A stretch of 61,714 bases of DNA, filler included, from Hausera hauseri (taxonomy: Eukaryota), in assembly GCA_046269625.1 (NCBI GenBank). It is 11 parts of 11 records of this genome, joined end to end, with 100 filler letters (N's around TTAATTAATTAA, not from the genome) between each part and the next. Parts side by side here need not be neighbours in the genome. Positions count along the whole stretch, not along the records: positions 23,109 to 27,843 come from JBJURY010456690.1; positions 27,944 to 33,576 come from JBJURY010216855.1; positions 33,677 to 40,544 come from JBJURY010056885.1; 8 more parts are not named here. One strand, given 5' to 3'. Below the pieces are notes generated by a model. It worked only from the letters and a program-made list of their open reading frames with translations, had not been told where the DNA came from and did no database searches. This document shows, one piece after another, positions 25,274-37,600 of the stretch. A program made the translations under genes and the position numbers. Positions within the stretch are counted from its first letter, which is position 1, and each line of letters starts with the position of its first letter.

Positions 25274-27843
25274 TAGGGTGGTCCTTGACCATATGCTGAA
25301 TCTCAAAGTTTGCATTATCAATGTTTTCACCTCTCAATATTTTGCATATATATGCAAGTGATTAGCGTGCAAAATTATTTAGTGAAATCTTCATATTTAG
25401 AGGTGGCTCAAGACGTCTGAGTTTTGCATTAGTATGGAATTGAACAACATGCATTTGTTACAGCGTATTTATTTATTACAAACGTTGCAGCATACAGTCA
25501 TCTTACTTTCTAGATAGATATAGGTCACGTTTAGAATAGGTTAGTCAGCATCGTCCATTTCACACTGAACTAGTGCCTGTTTTCGACAATCCGGAAACAA
25601 TTTTCTGTTCCTGGACAACCTGAAGCAAGTACTGTTTCTGGCTTTCTTGGTCATGAGGCTGTTGCATTCATCAATAAGGGCTACAGCTCTCTCTACGATT
25701 TCATTCACTACTTCGAGTCTTTCAATATCCTTAGTCCATATTGATAATCACTTCTTTGATGCCACATAGCAGGATCAGACTAAACAAAATCCATTGAAAT
25801 GTTTAAGTACTGGAAAAACGTCTGCGTGTTTTTAGTGACAAAGTTCGCAATTGTCAATTTATGGTTGCTCCTTTATATGCAATTTACGCCGTTTTGGATT
25901 TGAATCTGACCCTTCGGTCTGAAGCAGTGCTTTTACCATTTCACTCTGTTCACTGGGATGTCTGCATCAAAGAATGATATCCCAACGAGTTTTTCACTAA
26001 GATACCATAGATGCTTACAAAACTTGTTGACAGCTGCTGCAGCTACGACTGCATTTTGTTTGTGGTAATCATCAAGAGACTACAAGATGATCGAATTATT
26101 AATAGGAGCAGAAATTATAACTGGAGCTGTAAACCAGGCTCTAACATATTCGGAAGAAGAAGATGCAAATGTTGTATAATGCACTTTTTCCATGAACGGT
26201 CAACTTGAACCGTTCCTTGAACACCCATATTTTAAATGCATATAGCGCTTTTCCTATCCATCTCGCATGATGAACAGCACCAGGACATGAAAAACGAACA
26301 CCTGTGGGTGGCACATCACCAGCAAAAATGATAGTTAATTCTAGTAGCTCTCTAGTAGACTCTAACCTGACGAAATTCTAGCTGACGTTTAGCGGAAGTT
26401 ATTATGGCATCTCTGCAGTCTCACTGATTCAGCGTCACAACTGTCATATTTAGTCTTGTCGAAAGACCTCTGTTTTCTAAATCGCTTAAAATTGCAATAT
26501 CTGTATCACTTGATGGTTCCACAAACTTGCAGCTTTGGATAACAGATGTTAACATAATTTCTATAATGTGGTGGCGTCAAGGCAAATACAACAGCTGCCT
26601 GTTTAACTTTTGCTCCAACAAAACACATGCCCCACCATACTTACTAGTATTAACTGGCTGTTGTATCGAAGGACATCGCCCAGACTTTGTCAGTTGAATT
26701 CTATTCCTGTAAAAGATGTGCAACTGCCTCAGCTTGGGCTTCACTGATACCAGCTTTTAAATTCGGAGCACCAATTAACTTATGAACATCTGCATCTGGA
26801 ATTATTACTGGAAGACGCTCAACCTTGTCATATCCAGCTATATCGCTTAGTAGCTTTCCATTTTAGTGCACAGGTAGGGGAACTGATGGCTGAAACTGAT
26901 TTTTCAATGAGTTCGCTACTAGAGTACAAATTTGCTCTCGAGCACGTTTGATAGTCGAGCGATTGATGAAATATTTTGCTGCGCCATGATCCAGTGTTTT
27001 AGCAGCTGCAGTCAAAATAAAAAGTGCTTGGCGATCAGAGACTTTTGATCTATCAAGGGCTGCTGCCAAGCCAGAAGTGATAACAGCTTTAATTGCTCTT
27101 CTTTTCCTTCGCTTTACTGCATTCGATTCTGTAATGCTGTTATCACTGTCAGCGGTATCAGCACTAGACTTCTCAGTACTTATTTCACTGTCTGATGCAC
27201 CGCCAAATTGGAATCATGACTTAGCTAAACTTGTTGACACTCTCTTTTATCGTAGTTCCTTTTCAGATCTAATTGACGTTTCTTAAGATTTTCAGCTCTC
27301 TTTTCTTTAACAGCCAGTATATTGTCAACCTTACCAATGCAGGTTCGTCGGCCTGTCTCTCTTTGAGCATTTAGAAATTCCTTATCTTCTTGAATCTTTA
27401 GCATATTCATATCGTCCATATGTGCTATATCAAACAAATTATCTAGATTTTTCATGAAACGAGCTTCTTTACTCTCTGGTTATCAGTTCTTCTTTTTGCA
27501 TTCTTCTTCTTTAAAAGTTTCCATCGCTGGTACAAATTTTCTAGCTGTTGAACGCAATGATGTTTGGGACGAATCGGAATTCTTGCTTTTCCCGAAATTC
27601 TATTACTTCTTGTACAACAATCCTTGCACTTTCATGAACTGTCTGATGGACAGTATTATGTTAATACATGAAGCGAGAAAATGTTTGTCTGATTGAAGGT
27701 AACCTGCACCCTACAAGTTCATTCTCTTCTTGGCCTACCAAGCATGACAGTTCAACTCCTTGTACATTTTGATGTTTTGGCCATTGCTAATCTGATAAAC
27801 TCATAAAATGTATTCACTTCACTGTGTGTAAGCAACAGAAAGG
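25274..27843 (-). mobile_element. Second hATm-like transposon, truncated by the contig end
   Basis: TAGGGTGGTCC terminus; NLDNLFDIAH, EDKEFL..QR, AAALDRSKVSDR, SFDTT, RHHI, HHARW, HLWYLSE, NEIVERAV motifs across frames. Confidence 0.8.
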
Positions 27844-27943
27844 NNNNNNNNNNNNNNNNNNNNNNNNNNNNNNNNNNNNNNNNNNNNTTAATTAATTAAN
27901 NNNNNNNNNNNNNNNNNNNNNNNNNNNNNNNNNNNNNNNNNNN
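27844..27943. other. Artificial contig linker
   Basis: 44N-TTAATTAATTAA-44N. Confidence 0.99.
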
Positions 27944-28495
27944 AGCCTTCGATCGTTTTCTAATGGTATCAGCGTTATAATTTCAATACAACTTCTCCCA
28001 CTCTTGAATCCCATTGACCTCACAATCAGCTGGTTGAGTATTATTTAATCTAATAACGTCTCATTCATTTGTTGTCTAGTAGGGATCACTATTGATCTAT
28101 AAAATTTGGTTTTCTGGCATTTGTAATAATCTCCTTGTCTCTTTATGAGTGTAAGGTATATGTAATGGACACCTGAACCTTGTACCCTACACTGTGCTTG
28201 ATTGGTATCTGAGTGAAACAAGCAGTTATATTGTCACTCGTTGGGTTCTTTTTTATTATCATACCACGGTATTATTTGTATCCCCATTATATATGGTGGG
28301 GGCATCCGTTCCGACATGCTCCAGTTCATCACTTTCTGACCTTTTTCTGAGTATGTTGGAGATTTTTCATTAACGGGTCTTCTGTTATGGTCATTGCGTG
28401 TCGTATTTTTGCTCTTTCGATCTCTTGCTTCTCCATTTGTCCAATTACTCTAGGGAGTCAAAAGATGATGCTTAATAATAGGCACTGCATTAACC
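27944..28495 (-). pseudogene. Signal-peptide-led ectodomain after integrase, homologous to the C7 FN3-like protein
   Basis: WLMQCLLLSIIF*LPRVIG, then WSMSERMPPPYIMGIQIIPWYDNKK..YNCLFHSDTNQAQC..HYIY, aligning with WIKDWRPHPDFGRFQIVLYDVATKK..NCDFEPGDDTQFC..HVYI. Confidence 0.6.
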
Positions 28496-31400
28496 AATGA
28501 GATCTGTTGGTTGGATCTACCTTGTTTACTTTTTCATTTATACTTAGTAATACTTCTTTTTCACCTTTTCTTAACTCAGTTTGCTTGGCTGCCGGCTTAC
28601 ATCTATTAACGTAAACCTTCAGGGATTTATCATTTTTCTTTAGACAAATATTTGGTAGATCCACTTTTTCTACTTTGTAAGTCCCTTTATATGGCCTGTC
28701 TAACTTAGATGTTTTGCCCTTTTTAATTGCCGGTGAGTACAACATTACTAGGTCACCTATTTTAATTTTTGGCTGTTTAGTTTTTTGGTCGTAGTATCTT
28801 TTATATTTCAGTTCGTAGTCTTTCTGGTTATCACCAATTGTTTTATATGCCAACTAGAGGCGTTCCTGCATTAACTGTTTATAATCTTTTACCTCCATTA
28901 TGTGTCAAACTGGCTTCACATTAAAATCTAGATCAATTGGTAATCATGCATCCCGTAAATACATTAAATAGAAGGGTGTCTCCTTGGTAACCTCATGGAC
29001 CGATGTCCGATTTACGAAAACACATGCATTTATATATCCGTCCCAATCGTCTTGTCTAGTGTTTACTACCGTTTGTAATTTCCCTTTTAAATCTCAAATA
29101 TATCTCTCGACCATTTAATTATTTTCTGGGTGCCCCTGCGTGGATCGTAGTTGTAATATCTTCAAAATATCATATACGGACTACATTACCGTTCCCGTTA
29201 AATTTGACGCTTGATCCGTCAAGAGGATTCTCGGGGCTCCATAATTAAATACTATATTTTCCACAAATTTTTTGGCGATTGTGTCGGCCACGACTCATCT
29301 AGTAAAGCAGTCAATAAAGACTAGGATGTATCGGTTTACATTGCAGGTTAATGGTAGTGGCCCCGTTATGTCCATTGCAGTAAACTCAAATGGTGCTGGG
29401 GGTTATCCCATACTTTGAGAGGTGCTTTGTATTTCGTTCCCGTGTTCTTCCGGGTAGCACATCATTTGCAGCTATCGCACCATTCCTGCACATCTCTCGT
29501 TATGCTTGGCCAAAAGTATTTCCGTTTTAACTTATTAAACGTTTTATTTGCTGATTGGTGTCTACCAAATAATCCGTCATGGTACCAGACCAGGTCCGTT
29601 TTGATGAACGAAGTATAAGAATCCTTCTTTTTCTTCATACGTTTCACTGAATCGGGCCAAATGACGAGCTAGCTCCTTATCAGCTGGTACAGCTTTGTCC
29701 TTTGTGTATTTTCTAATAGTGCTTATTTCAACATCCTCGTTTTGGTTTGCCTTAATTTTCTCTACAGATCCATCCATGCTCCATATGGCTGCAACTACTG
29801 CTTTTTCTGTATTTGATTTACTAGGTATTCTGGATAGGTAATTCGCATTGGCGTTTCGTGATCCTGGTTTATATTGGAAATTCAATGTATAGGGCTGTAG
29901 CTTTAGAGCCCATCGTAGTAGTCTACTGTTGGGATTTTCATGCTGTTTTAACCATTGAAGCGGTCTATGATCTGTATAGATTACCACAGGTTTATTTTCA
30001 CTAATGTAGGGCGAGAATACCTCCAAGGCAAATATTACGGCCAATAATTCTTTTTTAATTACTGCGTACTTCTTCTGATGCTTATTGAGTTTTCGAAAAG
30101 CGTAAGCTACTGGGTGCTCCTTACCATCTTCACCCTTTTGTGACAACACTGCTCCTATTCCATAATAGCTTGCGTCTGTTGCCAAAATGAATGGATTGGT
30201 CATATCAGGATAGATTAGAATAGGGGCAGTTAACAATCTGTTCTTCAAATATTCGAAAGCTTTTTGACATTCGTTTGTCCAAATGACTTTGCCTAGATTT
30301 TCCCGTAATAGTTCGTACAAAGGTTTTGCGATCTTACTAAAATCCTTTATAAATCTGCGGTAATAATTTGCTAGACCTAGAAATTGGCGTAGTTCTTTGA
30401 CTGTACCTGGCTTTGGAAAGTCTCTTATTTTTCCTAAAAGTTTATCTTGAGGTTTTACGCCATATCTATCTACTCGATGTCCTAGGAAATCTACTTCCGC
30501 TTGGGCAAACGAACATTTCTTTGGGTTTATCTTTAGACCTATTACTTCGCATCTATCAGAGGTCTTGCAGATCCCTTAGATGTTGTTGAAAATTTGATTA
30601 TGCTATTAATACATCATCAATATATGCCATGGCATGTGGTGCATCTAGCAGCAGAAGTTCTGTTCCTCTCTGAAACGATGGCGGACCGTTTTTAATCCAA
30701 ATGGCATCCTATTAAATTCCCATAAACCTTCTCCAATTGAGAAGGCTGTCTTTGGTTTATCCTCTTTTACCTCCACTTGCCAATAACCTTTTTGTAGGTC
30801 TATCTTTGAAAATATTTTCGATCCATGTAATTTATCTAATATCTCATCAATCCTTGGTAACGGATATGTATCCGTTTCTGTTATTTCGTTTAAAGCTCTA
30901 TAATCTATACAAAATCCCATGGTCCAATCTTTCTTCTTGACCATTACTACTGGAGCCGTCCATGGTGAACAACTTGGCCGAATTATCTTATTTTCCTTCA
31001 GTTCTTTTATTATTTTTCGTGCTTGTTTTTTATCGTATGCCAATCGATACGGTCTTTTCTTGATTGGTTTGTTTTGTCCATCATTTAACTTGATGGTATG
31101 TTGTATTATCATCATTATACCCAAGTCATAATCATTTAGTGCAAATCGACTGTTATTCTTTTCCAGCAATTCGATTAGTACCTTCTTTTCCTCCGTTAAA
31201 ATTTTACACTTTTGTAGCTTCTCATCCCAATTGATACTTGTAATTTTATTTCTTTTTTTATCTTCATTTAGTTCCTTCTTTAATTTCCTTAACATTAATT
31301 TTTCTATTTTATCTACGTCCGAAATTGTGGAACATACCTCTTGTCTTATTACTTCCTTACTAGTCGTTACTTCTCCCAATCTCATTCTTTCGTAATGTTT

Positions 31401-31990
31401 TTTCTTTACTTGCCGTATTACGAATCCGCAAATGGATCTTTCCATCCCTTACTTTATCTATGTGAGGGGCGATTAAAATATCATACTTCTCCATCACTTG
31501 TGGGAATGGTTCAAAGTAAATGACCTTCGATAATGCTTGACTTTCTATTTTTCCGGGTACTATTACCTCGGATCGCGGTGGAATTGTAATATCTTTCATT
31601 AATGAAACCACTCTTCTGTCTTCTCCGAAAGTCTTCAGTTGACATGTTCTCAAATTTATATAAACATTTTTTAATTGGTTCACTACATCACATCCAATTA
31701 AGATCTCGTTAGTCAGATTATCGGCTATCCTTATAGTGTGTTCTACAATCTGTTCACCAATCTTAATTTTGGCATCTAAGACCATCTTAATTTCTTCTGT
31801 ACCGAATGCTCTTACGTTCACTAAGGTAGTTATCGGTTTTCGTAATTTCCTCTTTAACTCTTTCGGCAATTGGCTCCTTTCCATTATCGTTGTTGTAGAT
31901 TTAGTGTCTAGTAAAGCCGTCATTGGGTATCCATTAATCTCTATCTCTATTTCTGGCCTTATAGATGATTGTTGTTCATTTTTATCATCA
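28496..31990 (-). pseudogene. pol: Ty3/Gypsy pol (PR-RT-RNaseH-IN), disrupted
   Basis: ALLDTKS protease, SPWTAPVVMV, FCIDYRALN, DLQKGYWQV, FNRMPFGL, YIDD, TDASYYGIGAVLSQ, YTDHRPL, MDITGPLP, IKIGDLVML..YKGTYKV. Confidence 0.93.
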
Positions 31991-33576
31991 GCTTTGCACG
32001 TAGACTCGTTTATTGGGCATTACATTTTCGTCAAGATTTCGTTGCATCTGTTGTATTTGATGCGGTGGGTATAATCCTGTATGCACTAAATATTGTGGAG
32101 CGGAGGGGTTCATTAATGGTTGTTCGTTATACAACTGTCCATGGTATTCATCTGCTGGATCTAGGTGAGGTAAGTCAGTTATTAACTTGTGTCTATACTT
32201 TGGCTTTCGTGTCTTAAGCACTAGTTGTTTAATACCAGTTACTCGACTGTATTTTGTTTTTGGATTTACTTGATTATATTTAGTATCATTATCATCAGGT
32301 ATACTATACGGGGATTCTTTTATGTCTTTGCTTTGTAATATTTTCCTCTTCCATCGTGCATCATGATTTGCTAGAAAACAACTTGCTACTGCTGGTATCA
32401 CAGCTATTAGGATTTTCCATGAGCACCCTACTGCTGCATGTATTCCATATGCCTTACCTAGTGCCGTAAATACTGTCCGTATGGCGTTGATAATGAAATA
32501 TAGCTAGAAAACCGGAAGCTGCTTGGCCGAAATATAAAATCTTTTCCATAACGTTCTTCGTTACTTTCTTCAAATAGTCCTTACCCATTAAGTTTATCCA
32601 TTGTGGTGATACTTCACCATTCCACATTACTCTCCTAGTTAATTCTGTTATAACTCTGTCTTTGGGGAAACAACAACATCCGTCGATAATCCTCTAGATT
32701 TTGTTGCGTATAGATTTCTCCCTGAGATATTCCTGTTAATGTTTCGAATTTTTGATTCCTCTGCAAATTGATCAAACTTAATGTCTCCGGTTTGGGCACT
32801 GGCTGTCTCTTTGGCATTCTAATCCATTTGCCATTATCGGTTTTAAACATTGGTGACATATTAAATGTATAATTGTATAGAGGAGTAGGTTTCACGTTAA
32901 TATCTAATAGTATTCTGGTTACTGGAATCATATTTCTTGCTTCTGTATAGTAAATTACCGGTAATTCCATGGTACATTCGTCCGTTGGCCTAATTGACAC
33001 TTCTACCTTCTTGCATTCTATCGTTATTAATATCTCGCCCATCACTCTTCCGATAATTCCGTCACCGAAGGGTATCACTGGCGCTACCATGTCTCGATTT
33101 GTTATTACCAGTGCCATTTTATTACGCATTATTCCGTAGTTCAACTTACATTGGTTCATTACAATTTCTCTATACAGACTTATAATCTCTTTCCTTACAT
33201 AGTTAATCAGAAAATCGATCTTATTGTCGAAATATTGTGTTAGCTTGATATCTTTCTTATCTATCTTAGTTTTCGCCCGGGGTATTTCTTTTCTTGATAA
33301 GAAAATACCCTTATAATTAGTTTTTGATATTTCTTTGCTACACTTATTTGTTACTCCAGTGATTTTAAATCTCATCATTTCTTCTGGATTTTCCGAATAT
33401 ACAGTTGTAGCTACTTCAGTCTACTTGACTTCCTTTCTTCCTTCTTTGTATGTCGCTGTTTCTTTTTCGGCCGTTTTTCCTACTGTTTTTTTTTCCTACC
33501 GTTTTTCCTTCTTTTAACAGTGTCAACTGACATTTGCTTGCCGATGTTTCCCATGTAATCTTCGACTCTCCAGTAT
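31988..33576 (-). pseudogene. env: Envelope glycoprotein of chuvirus-G / herpes gB-like (class III) type, C-terminal part
   Basis: YFDNKIDF..LYREIVMNQCKL, GEILITIECKKVEV, CTMELPV, PVTRIL, EIYTQQNLEDYRRMLLFP; membrane region FGQAASGFLAIF..YGIHAAVGCSWKILIA; two frameshifts. Confidence 0.8.
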
Positions 33577-33676
33577 NNNNNNNNNNNNNNNNNNNNNNNN
33601 NNNNNNNNNNNNNNNNNNNNTTAATTAATTAANNNNNNNNNNNNNNNNNNNNNNNNNNNNNNNNNNNNNNNNNNNN
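33577..33676. other. Artificial contig linker
   Basis: 44N-TTAATTAATTAA-44N. Confidence 0.99.
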
Positions 33677-33762
33677 GTATGGCACCTTGAGGTGCGTTCT
33701 CTTGATTTTATTCATAAAACATTTTACCCTATTGAGGAGATTGGCTGTGAATCTGGAAGAAC

Positions 33763-34437
33763 TCAACACACTGGGTATGTGGTTTTCCCATTGTCCAGCG
33801 TCCATTTCTCTAGACAATCCCGGCAATATTTGTGTCTACAATCTGGATTATCCAATACTACATATTTTTGTTTGAAGTCCGCTTCACATACTGGACATTC
33901 GTTTTCTTCTTTCTCCCATTTTTCGTCATCCAGGTCAACTTGTATTGTAAGTTCGATGTGCCCGAACACGTGGCCATCTTCGTCTTTATACATATATCCG
34001 TATATCATCTATTTAGTGTTTATGGAACTTTTCTTAGGGTCGCAACCCACGGGTACTAAGGTCCAATCGCTGATAGTGTCTCGATCTAAGTCGGGAATCT
34101 GAGCAGCTGATTGATATTTGTGGTATTGCCTTTTCAAGAGTGTCTTCACAAATTTATCTACGGGTACTATTAGTCCACCGTTCCCTTTCGATTGGAAAAT
34201 CGACGCAATGTATTTTCCTATCTTGGGATTTTCCCAAATATAAGTATTTTCGTAAACTTCCCTCTCAGGTATTATCTTAACGAAAAACATAGCCTCTTTA
34301 ATCTTTTGTTGGCTATAATATTCTGTAGTTACCAACATTTTTGGGTAGTCGTCGGCTGTGGCGAAATGTACGTTATCATTGGGATTTTTCTTCCGTAAGA
34401 TGTTTATTTCAGTTATTTGTCCCTTCGGTTCATTCAC
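33763..34437 (-). pseudogene. C3HC4 RING-finger-containing accessory ORF of the C7 element
   Basis: CPVC..CRHKYCRDCLEKW..YPVC (one Cys lost); 34009-34437 and 33763-34008 are in the same frame, split by TAG. Confidence 0.8.
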
Positions 34438-34685
34438 TATGCTTCCGAATTCTCTGGTTTGGGTCGATGTTTGGTTATTGGAGGATATCGGTTTCTCTTC
34501 TCTGACTAGCAGTTCTTTGTTTGTCTTAAGCGTTGAATTCTCTTTCGCTTGTCTTAGATTCGCTTCTCGGTCTATTTTCCCGCTCTTATTCTTTTTCTTA
34601 AACAGGTAGGCAATAAGAGAGATTTTCCTCTTATTTGTATATTTCGTAGGTTCGATTCCGGTTTCCTTTGACCAACTTCCCTTTT

Positions 34686-36080
34686 TCAGATATTTTTCGG
34701 AATTTCTCGTATTCTGAAATTATTGTGCGAATCGGCGGTTTTTGTTGGCTTCTTATGACTATAACTCGTACTGGGCTTATTTTCCATTTTTGGTTTCTTA
34801 TTAAGGCTCTCCGATTTGAGTCCTTGTATGACTATTCGATAATTTAATTTTTCTGCGGTTTTGACATTTCTAGGAGGAGAGTAGGGACGAAAATGTCTTC
34901 TGTGTCGGGTACTTAATTCGTCTGGTTTAGTGGAATGACGTAAATTTTGGTTTGGGTTATCCGGAATCCATTCGTGTTCCCATCTTAATCCGGCACTTAT
35001 GTCTCGTAAATACTGGAAACGTTGACTAGCGGTTAATAATCGGCTTATTTTAATATGTTCTCCGCTCATCGATTCAATCATCAATTTAAGTCGGGCTTCT
35101 ACAGTCGGTGGTAGATACCCCTTCTTTTCCTTAAGGTTTTGTTCCATCCGTTCCATCACTATAGGCTGGGTTTCTATTTCTCTTACTCCGGCTACGTGCA
35201 TCATAGGTAGTCTCAGTTTTCCCATGATCATTTCTACTTGATAACCAACTACGATACATCCATAGAAGCAGTGTATCAATTCTCCTCGGGCTCATTCTAT
35301 GTCTTTTCCATGAATCAATTGTTCTTTTTTTACTCCGGTTACTTCTGCATAGGTTTTCCTCACCATTTTCCTCGGACTGATCGTTTTTGAGTAAATTTCA
35401 ATACCGTCAGCTTCTCCTATCGATACTTCGATAGGAATATAATTCCCATCGTCTCCTTCTCCATGGTTTAATGCTATGATTCTGAGATTTCTCGCACCTT
35501 GCACTAGCACGAAGGAATGTAAATGTTCATCTCGGTCTCTTTCTGTTGGCTCTTGGTTAAATTTTAGAGGAGGCAATTAAATATACGATGCTTCCTCATA
35601 GGTCACTTCGATCATCACTTTAAGTGGAAACGCAGCCACCCTAAATTCTAACTGGCATTTGTAATGGTAGAAATCTCCACTATTGAGTTTGAAGGTACTA
35701 TATCGGTTTTGTCTTCCTTGAGAGGAATCCCAGGCTTGATCTTTAAGCCGATAGTAAATTTCTTCATCTGCCAGATGGATAAATATATTCTGATGATAAA
35801 CAGGTTCATATTGAATCAGCTGTCGCAACGCGTAAGCTTTCGCGTCCTTGTCGTTCCTCATGGCATATAGACGGACTACTCTGTTCTCTTCGTTGATGCC
35901 TTTTAGATTGTTGGGAATTTCACTAGTTCTTTTATATTCTACTATAATTTTTCCTTGGAGTTCATTATTGATCTGCCTGAACATCGATTTGGATTGGGGA
36001 ATCAGTACGGTGACATACCGTTGTATAAAATCGTCGACGCTACGTCAATTATTACTTCCTCTGGTCGCCATTTGTATACT
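34686..36080 (-). pseudogene. Accessory ORF with degenerate DEDDh (REX4/ISG20-like) exonuclease domain(s)
   Basis: IIALNH..EVSIGEADGIEIYSKTISPRKMVRKTYAEVTGVKKEQL..GCIVVGY..LRL parallels VALDCE..RVSIV..G..Y..VKP..V..T.VSGI..L..G.ILVGH..L.L; three ORFs in one frame. Confidence 0.6.
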
Positions 36081-36185
36081 TACCAATCTAGCAAACAACA
36101 AATAAAGGTTAATCCTAAAACAAAGTATAGTTTCAAACCAAAACCAGTTCTTTGTTTGATGACAGAATAACCTGATCTGTAATTC

Positions 36186-37600
36186 TCAGGTTATTTTATC
36201 ATAAAGATACTCTTGGGGTTCCAGTTTCCATAACTCCCATTCTGTAGTTTTAGAACGCTTAGAGTGACAATTTTTGGAAACTGATCGAAAAATTACAATT
36301 AATATAATGAGAACAAACGTTGATAGTACAACAATGGATACGATCGGTAAAGTGGTTAATCTCATTGGTGCTTGTGTGGTGACTGAAGTTGTGATTTCAT
36401 CGTCTATATTTTCATATACGTGCGATTCTGCACGAATTTCGTCTAAGGTACGCAATGTAATTGTTTGGTTTTGTTTATTCACTCCATATATTTGTACTAT
36501 ATAATAGGATTGTGGTTTTAGCAAATTGCATTCTGTGTGATAAGTGTTTTTAAGTAATGTTACAATTTGATTATTATACGTTGTTCGGCAGCTTATGTGT
36601 ATATCGTAATTTAGTTTTTCTTCTACAAAGAACACAATCTTAGATCGATGCGCCAAATATTTGATAGGTATAATTTCTAATTCTCCTTTAGGCACACTGC
36701 TTAATGTAACGAATCTCTCAGTGGTACTAACTCGAGTAGTCAGCTTCTCGATTGTCGTTTCTACTGGAATCCGCCATATTCTATTCTCCGGGTAATAGGT
36801 TCGCAAATGTTTGCTCGGTTTATTCGTTTGTACTTCATATAGGTCAAATTTTATTTTGAATTCTTGGTTTCCTGGTAGTTTGCAATATGGATGTTGCACA
36901 CCGGCATGAACAGAGCAGTATTTTATGTTCGGAGTTTTCCGTTTACTGCTACGAAAACGATGCTAATTTTCTGACTAAGAGTTAATCCTGTTCGAGCATC
37001 TACTTTGATGCATTGTTTCTCCTTATTTATTAAGACCTCTTTCATGTTTTCATCTAATAGCCTTATATTCGGGTCGGTAGATTGTAGCATTTCGTCGGGC
37101 TTCCTTCCGAATCTCCCGGGCCAATGGGGAATAACCAGCTGAAGTTGTGGGTTTACTTCGATATAGACTTCTGACGAGTCTGGTAAGTATAGTCGATAAG
37201 TAAGGATGTAAACATGTCTAAAATCTATGTCGCAGAACTGGGTATCATCTCCAGGTTCAAAATCACAATTTTCCGTCTTTTTTGTTGCTACATCATACAG
37301 GACAATTTGAAATCTTCCAAAATCGGGATGCGGTCTCCAATCTTTAATCCAACACATACAGAGTCTGGCGAAAAACAATGAATCGTCATTTATTTTAACA
37401 ATTTAGTGTCGTCTTGCTTTTGGATCTCTTCAGCCGTTGGTTTCTTTTCCGCTATGGTATTTTTCGCTTTTAGTCCGCTTTTCCGTATTCCGTATACGTC
37501 TCCTAGTGTAGATTTATCGTCCCACCACTGAGTTTGTGTTTCTGGAATGTAAGAAGCAATTAGTGATAGTGCTAAGACTATCTGAACGTATGATATCGGT
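36186..37600 (-). pseudogene. Type I membrane protein with FN3-like repeats, starting in frame with the integrase C-terminus
   Basis: Signal-like ISYVQIVLALSLIASYI; repeated C-x9/10-C units; FN3 motif NLLKPQSYYIVQIYGVN; Thr-rich stalk; TM IVSIVVLSTFVLIILIVIF; short cytoplasmic tail. Confidence 0.65.
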
